DNA of 60,610 bases, filler included, from Dugesia japonica (Eukaryota): NCBI GenBank assembly GCA_001938525.1. It is 6 parts of 6 records of this genome, joined end to end, with 100 filler letters (N's around TTAATTAATTAA, not from the genome) between each part and the next. Parts side by side here need not be neighbours in the genome. Positions count along the whole stretch, not along the records: positions 50,927 to 60,610 come from MQRL01613216.1; 5 more parts are not named here. One strand, 5' to 3'. The stretch's first letter is position 1, and every line of letters starts with the position of its first letter. Below are positions 53,859-60,610 of the stretch, one piece after another. The notes beneath the pieces are model-generated. The model was not told where the DNA came from and did no database searches. It saw only the letters and a program-made list of their open reading frames with translations. Both the position numbers and the translations under genes were made by a program.

Positions 53859-54188
53859 CCGGGGTGCACAGCCTTTTTAGGCCAAGGACCAAATTGAACA
53901 TTCTAATATTTTAGAGGGCTGCAATCTCCAAAATGTATGTTTTATAATTTATAATATAATTTATAAAGCACGTTTTCACAGTAGTTTCTTATCACCCATA
54001 TCTGTATTCTTCATAGGTCTTATTTTTGTAATTAACCTGATGAATATGAATATCTAAGGCATTAAATACATCATTTTTATACCAAAGTTATTGTTTTCAG
54101 GACAGTTTTTGTAGTGTTATAATTTGCCCGAGGTCCGAACAAAAACACCTTGGCGGGTCAGATCCGGGTCTCGGGTTGTGCACCTCTG
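53859..54188. mobile_element. hAT (Charlie-like) MITE
   Basis: TIRs ccggggtgcaca / tgtgcacctctg; GC-rich subterminal motifs; degenerate 8-bp TSD (ctataaga / ctacatgg). Confidence 0.75.
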
Positions 54189-54479
54189 CTACATGGCATA
54201 AATTTTATGTGTAAATCAATGTTTTTATCTGGTAATATTTAATGTATTATTTCTTTTCCTTTGAAAGAAATTCAATTTTTACCTCCATTTTCCTATTGAG
54301 ATACTATGAAATTTTACTTTCCTAATTTTTGGCATATCAGAGACGCTCACCGTAGAAATCAAGAGAACTTTATTTTTATTAATAAATTTTCAAAAATTGA
54401 ACGCTTTAATTATTTTGTTTATTCAGTCAAAATCAGTATTTCATACAAATTTCAAAATATAATTCAATTCTTCAAATAC

Positions 54480-55516
54480 AAGGGCCATGTTGTATTGAGC
54501 GAAAAAGGTAGTAATCACTTAGTGCGATGTCTTGTGAGTATTGCGGGTGAGGTAAAACTTCCCATCAGAATTCTGCTATCGTATTCCTCACTAAAATCGA
54601 AGTGTGGGGCCGAGGATTATCATCCTGTAACAAAACCGTCTATTGTAATAGTCTGGTCGTTTTTCGTACAATGCTTGCCTCAATTTTATTAATTGTTTTT
54701 GATAACGCTGACCATCAACCGTTTTACGTTTTTTCAGAAGCTCAAAATAAATAATCCCCCTATAATCCCAAAAAATGGATAACATCATCTTGTTTCCATG
54801 CAAGTCTCGTTTTTGTGTTGAATTTCCGAGTTGACCAGGCTTCACCTATGATTTTCTTAGTTTCGGATTTTCATAAGAAATCCATTTTCATCACAAGTAA
54901 CAATGCTATGTAAAAAGGGCTTTTTTCCTTTGTTTGCTGAGCAGCGTCTGACAAATGTCTAATAGTTTTGCGATATCTGCTTCTTTCAATTTACCGACTT
55001 TCTGTTTGTATCCAATGGCTATTAATCGTCTGCTTATGGTAAATTTTTTTACATTTTTGATTTCTGACATTGTTTCAATTGTTTCGGATCAATCTTTGAT
55101 CAAAATCTTTTCCAAATTTTCATCTGATAAAGCGCTTAGGTTGACCTGGACGCTGTTTATCTTGCAAATCAAAGTCACCCATTTTGAATTGTCGAAACCA
55201 GTNNNNNNNNNNNNNNNNNNNNNNNNNNNNNNCCATAAGCTTCTGGAAGCATCCTATGACTTTCTACAGGACTTCTTTTGAGATGAAAACAAAAAAGCAA
55301 CGCTTCCCGCATATGTGCGTTTTTTGGAAAAAAACTAGTCATATTAAATGGATCGGTTTTCGTTTACTGTAAAACTTAACTAAATAATATACCATTATTT
55401 TAACCTTTAAATATTAATGCTTAAAAAATCTTACCGATTGATTTAAATTATCGCTGAAATATTTAATAAGTTAGTTAATTAAAGCAAACAGTGAGAATTA
55501 ATGCAACTACCTAATA
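54480..55516 (-). mobile_element. mariner transposon, decayed
   Basis: Left TIR tattaggtagttgc at ~55516; WFRQFKMGDFDLQDKQRPGQP, IVTCDEKW, KMMLSIFWDYRGIIYFELL, WEVLPHPQYSQDIALSDYYLF. Confidence 0.93.
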
Positions 55517-57683
55517 GATAAATTATCATTTTCATTATTATTATAAAAATAATTAAATATGTATTGAACTTTGTGTAATTTTGTTAAGATTCTTAAAATT
55601 GTCAAATATCGTTTTGTCAATAAAATATATTTTTTGTATTTTAAGTTATTAAAATTTTAGATAACTTAAAAGATATAAAATTTTAAATAGAATACACTAT
55701 AAAATATTGTCAATGAAAGGTTTTTTACTATATTTTTAAATTTGATATTAAATAAATTTTAAATAAAATAAAAGACAATATAAAATTTTAAATTAAATAG
55801 AGAATAAAATATTTTGAGTGAAATGTGTGTTTTTGCTATATATTAAAATTTGACATTCATAAAATTTTAAATTGGAATATTTTACAAAATGCTGATATTT
55901 AATATTTTTCGATTTGAATGAATTTTTAAATTGGTTTGATAAAAGCAAATTAATATTTATAGTTTTGTTTTGTGAATAAACTTTCTATAGAATGGAGTTT
56001 TGATATTGATGATACGATGAGTACTTCAACCTCATCTAACAAAAGGTATGTAGTTAATATTGAAAAATTAATCGAGAGCCGCATAAGTTCATTACACGAC
56101 AGGATTAAAATGCCTTTATTAATATATTTTACAAATATATCAAAATATATTACAAATTCAAATATATTACTCTAGTCGATATCGAATGACATAATTGAAA
56201 TCAAAAGAATCCAAGTGATTTGAAAAGTATATATTTCAATGAAATAGATTATATAAACCAAATTAATTAAAATATTTAATATATTTAATTAATAATTTTC
56301 TGAGTGTAATACTACAATTACAAATTTATTTAAAATAATAATTGTATTTTTAATTTAATTTTAAAAATATTGCAAATAATATACTTTAAATGCTATATAT
56401 ATATATATATATATATATATTTAAAATTTTTAGAAAATTGAATTCGCGAGCTCTCTTAAAATTTAAACTCTGCTGATCCTCTACTTGCATCTAGTATTAA
56501 ATTTTTATTTTTTATAAAAAATGACTTTTTTATAAATTTTCACTAACTTCAGCCAAGTTTCATACGTAATTTTGACAAAATATAACATACCTTCATGAAA
56601 GTGTGAGTATGGATCAAATAGAATATTGACATACTAACAAAAGTGTGGGTAAATGTCAAATGGGTTATTCACTTACTACTTATGCATTTAAAGAAATCTT
56701 ATTATTTACATTCGCTATTTCACAAATTTTGATTGTTTCAGTAATAGTTTAAATTTCAATTCAGAAGGAAAGCAAATATAGTAGCAACACATATGTGTTG
56801 ACANCGGCAAAGAAAGACGCATGGCTTGTCCTCGAAATTTATTAAATAAAATATGGATTTTATTGTTTCAAATCATCAGCAAAGTAATCTAATTTGAAGC
56901 GTTTTTACTTTAAAATCAAATATCAAAATTTTAATGCAAATGTGATTTTATAAACGAGTTTTAAATTGTTTTAGATATTATTTCTGTTTTTTGTCAATTA
57001 TGTGAAATAACAATATACAAACNTAATTAATGAAAAATTTCTTTAATTAATTAAATTCTTATCTATAATTTTTCAATATCGCTGTAACTATTATATGATA
57101 AGCATCAGAAAAATTTATTTCTTGCACTTCAAATTTTAAAAAAATTTTACTGCCAAAAAATTGCTACCATTAAACTAGGAACGGCTTGAGCAGGACTTCA
57201 AAGCCTCCACTGTGGAGAGGGCGCCATGTCATCAATCTGAGTATTACATTATTTACATAAGTCATAAAATGAAACATTTCAAACTTAAACAGAGAAAACT
57301 TTTTGAAATTAATTTAGCAATTAATTTAAACAATAAATAATGTATTAATGTTAAAACTAGCTGCTATTATTATACATACTGAAAACTTCTGATTATAAGT
57401 TTATAATAATAGGGCGCTTAGTCAGAGCTTGAAGGCGAGCGAAGAAGATCCATGCACTGGCACTGCATTAAACCTTAAGATTAAATTTATTTTAAAATCA
57501 ATGGGTAAGCAAAGTCGATTGTTGTTATTAACCAGATTACACGATTTACATGTTAATTTTTATCTGTTAATTATTCTAATACAAGAACTGTTTTCATTAA
57601 AAATAGTAATTGGTAAAATAATTATTTTATTCTTAATTTTTAATTAAAAGTTAAAATTTATAAGTTAAATTATTTTTGAATAG

Positions 57684-57974
57684 GCCGTATTTCACTTATT
57701 GGATGACTTGTGTACAAATACTCGTATTCATTATTGGTGTAGCTTGCTATGGTTTTGCTCCTGTTGGTCTCAAAATTACTACTGAATATCGAAAAGAAGT
57801 TATTTTACCCAACCAAGGTAGTGAAAGTGTTTGTTGGCATGAATATGATAATCTTTGGCTTGGACCCAGACAATCTGATTTAATACGACTTGGAGCTCGT
57901 TATTCTCCGTGTATGAGAGTTGATAAAAACTTAAAGGATGTAATTTTGGATCCTCAAATGGAACGAGAGAAAAA
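57684..57974 (+). CDS. RHBDF: Inactive rhomboid (iRhom) exon: TM1 and start of the iRhom homology domain
   Basis: AG acceptor at 57682-57683; RPYFTYWMTCVQ...YGFAPVG...NLWLGP...LIRLGARYSPCMR matches RHBDF1/2 (RPFFTYW..YGIAPVG..NFWIGP..LIHLGAKFSPCMR). The donor position is approximate. Confidence 0.92.
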
Positions 57975-59904
57975 GTGTTTTTCTTTGTAAAGTATAAATA
58001 ATATAGATCTTTAATAAATATATTTATATATAGGAGAAATTTACCATCTATCCAAATTCATGGAATATTTTGTCATTTCTTGAATATTTGTTCATTATTT
58101 AAAGCATTTAAAATGTGTATTAGAAAAATATAACATTAATGAATATAACATATTCTTTTTAGACTACGCGCAAACAAATTTAAAATGTACCATAGTTATC
58201 GATGTAATGGTGACAATTTTTCTGACTGATTGCCACTACACATGTCCTTAGTCGCCCCATTGCTAAGAATCATTTCATTAATTAATACAGTTTTTAGAAA
58301 TAACTCGATCATACCTGCCATATAGCTGTCTGATATTTTTGTTCCAAATATTCAACACTGTAATGACAATGTTGAAAATATATGTGAAACAGCACAAAAT
58401 CTTATTTGAATTTCTTAAAACACAATTTGAATTATATACTTATTTCTTGAAAAAACAGAAATTTTTGTTGTTCGGACATATATATTTGTAACATTGGGCA
58501 TACACAAACAGAAATATCCTGCTAAAAACGTGATGAATTAAACACATGTATATATTTTAACAAAGATAGCCTCAATATTAAATTTAAAATAGCTAAATTA
58601 CCAATCATTATTTATTAAATGTGAGTTGGTAGATAGGTTCCCACTGTCGCCACTCCCCCACGAAAAGAAGAAAGACTTTCGACAGAAATTTATATTTTCA
58701 TGATGGAAAATAATTTTTTGTTTTAATGGTTAAAAACTTTTAAAATTGGATCTATAAATTTTTTTAAAGTTTTTAAAAAACGGTTCAAATTTTCTGATCG
58801 GATCCAATTTAGTATCTATGCACGCGAAATGTACACTTGCACATTTTGGTGCTATTTTAATTTAAGTGTGCCAAATGTTCTAATCGATATTCACAAAAAA
58901 TTCTTTTAGCACTCAACAGCACGCTTACTTTATTGATTTTGACTTTTTGGTATCAAAACCGTTGCTAACGAATCAAAATTCTATCTATACATTGTCTAAA
59001 ATACTTTTGTTGAAAAGTGCTTTCTTCTCGATATAAAGGGTAGTGGTCCTCTTCTCCACCTGATGAGAAAAAATAGTTCCTGTTCTTTCATTTATAGTCC
59101 GATCGAGACAATATTGGTATCGTTGGATACGTAATGTAATGGCACATTACTTTGATATTTTCAAAGTCAAGGAAATCAATATTTGACAAAAACTGTTTAA
59201 AATTTTTTTTAATTATTCTACAGTAAAATATTTTCATCACGGTCATATGGATAGAGAGTTAAAAGCTACCTATGCATTGCCTAAAGAACTATTATCAATT
59301 TTTTTTGTTTTGATTTTATTATATTACATTTTCTATTTGTAACATATTTTTTAATATTTTATTGTTTATTAACTCATTTAGTATACATTTTATGTAAAAT
59401 CGTACCAGTATTTGTAATTATTATCCGATTGGGTCAAGAAAGATATCGATGTATGCGTAATGGGATGACGGATTGTTTTATGATATTTATAAAATCTATA
59501 AATCAATATTAAAATCAATAATTATCCAAAACTTGTAGACAAATTTTCCCATTACAAATATAAATTTCTTTAAATAATGTGTTCGAACTTTAAAAAGAAA
59601 TTCCTATTTGTAAATCATTAAAATTATCATTTCCTAAATAATTTTAATAAATTTTATATTGATTATTATGGCCGATATGTTTTATCAGTATTATAATAAT
59701 GTAGCCTTAGAAAACATTTATTTTATTATTTAGAATTGAAAATCTTTCATTTAAATTTTTTAAATGATAAATTTTCACTAATTAATTTAATTATTTTCAC
59801 TATTTATGGAAAACGAAATTGTTAAATTAGCAACAGCTAACATAATGTATTCAAAGTTTAATGTATACTAGTTAAAACTATTTAGATTAATAATTTTGCA
59901 TTTA

Positions 59905-60105
59905 CAGGGTGGGTCAATAATCATTTACTTTTTACCCGAAGTCCAAATTTTGAACTTCCTGACAGGTGGCATTTAAAAGATATAATTTCCCAAATGTAGT
60001 TCATAATACAGATGTAACTGAAATGTAATGTAATAATATTTTTTTTAATTTTTACATATTGATCTTTTTTAAAAAGATATAGGAAGTAACTTTTGACCCA
60101 CCCTG
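59905..60105. mobile_element. Tc1/mariner-type MITE
   Basis: 13-bp perfect TIR cagggtgggtcaa / ttgacccaccctg, preceded by TA. Confidence 0.85.
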
Positions 60106-60610
60106 TTTTTCCAATGTGCTTATTAATTATTATTATGAGTTATGAAATATTAAAAAAATTGTTTGTATCTCAATAAATTTTAAAAGTCCAGAAAGAAGAA
60201 TTACTAAATAAAATTACTAAGATGTTAGTTCCAATCGTAAATAACAATCAAGGATGGTATCAGTAAGTTGAGATCTGATTTCTAATTTTATAATATTCAT
60301 GGTTAAAATATAAATTTGTACAAATATATGAAACCAAACAGGATTTAATTTTGAAGACTCATTTTTTAAAATAAATTACAAAAGTTTTCATCCGTTTTGT
60401 GAGATTTTAACATGATGTTATTTTGAAAATCTAAAATCTCTTCAATTTTCGATGATTTTTCTTGAAGAATTTCTACTATAGATTTAGCAGTTTCTGTAAT
60501 GTCTACTTATGTAGTAAAAGGATTTACAAAAAATGCAGCAAATTGCTGAAATATAATTTCAAACTGTGCCAAAAGTTTTTTAAGATTATGGATAAATAAC
60601 TATTTTTATT

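Noticed and set aside
54294-55516. Full-length mariner with matching TIRs
   Set aside because: The TIR-like end at 54294 does not match the one at 55516 and the transposase stops after the YSQD region; probably two fused relics.
21470-57974. Two pseudoenzymes (dead PIP4K and iRhom) as a functional cluster
   Set aside because: They are separated by three artificial scaffold joins, so there is no evidence of linkage.

Overview
Very AT-rich, repeat-dense eukaryotic (metazoan) draft genomic DNA. The (AAT)n tracts, 40-45 nt introns and transposon mix resemble a freshwater planarian, but the taxon is an inference. The window is six scaffold pieces joined by artificial 100-bp N44-TTAATTAATTAA-N44 spacers, so neighbourhood across those joins is not evidence. 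Most recognisable sequence is decayed mobile DNA: several Ty3/Gypsy fragments, two RLE-endonuclease non-LTR retrotransposons, a Penelope GIY-YIG fragment, Polinton/Maverick pPolB remnants, pogo/Tc1/mariner and hAT transposase relics, and MITEs. Host coding sequence comprises four in-frame 3' exons of a PIP4K2-like lipid kinase, one iRhom/RHBDF exon and a compact three-exon orphan gene. The three best leads are: (1) the PIP4K-like gene is intact but lacks both catalytic aspartates and carries a type-I-like Glu in the activation loop, so it is a candidate phosphoinositide pseudokinase; (2) a 5'-truncated RLE retroelement is bracketed by an ~180-bp direct duplication, a candidate giant target-site duplication; (3) a dispersed repeat family carries hammerhead-ribozyme-like cores and folds back or truncates at the predicted cleavage site.
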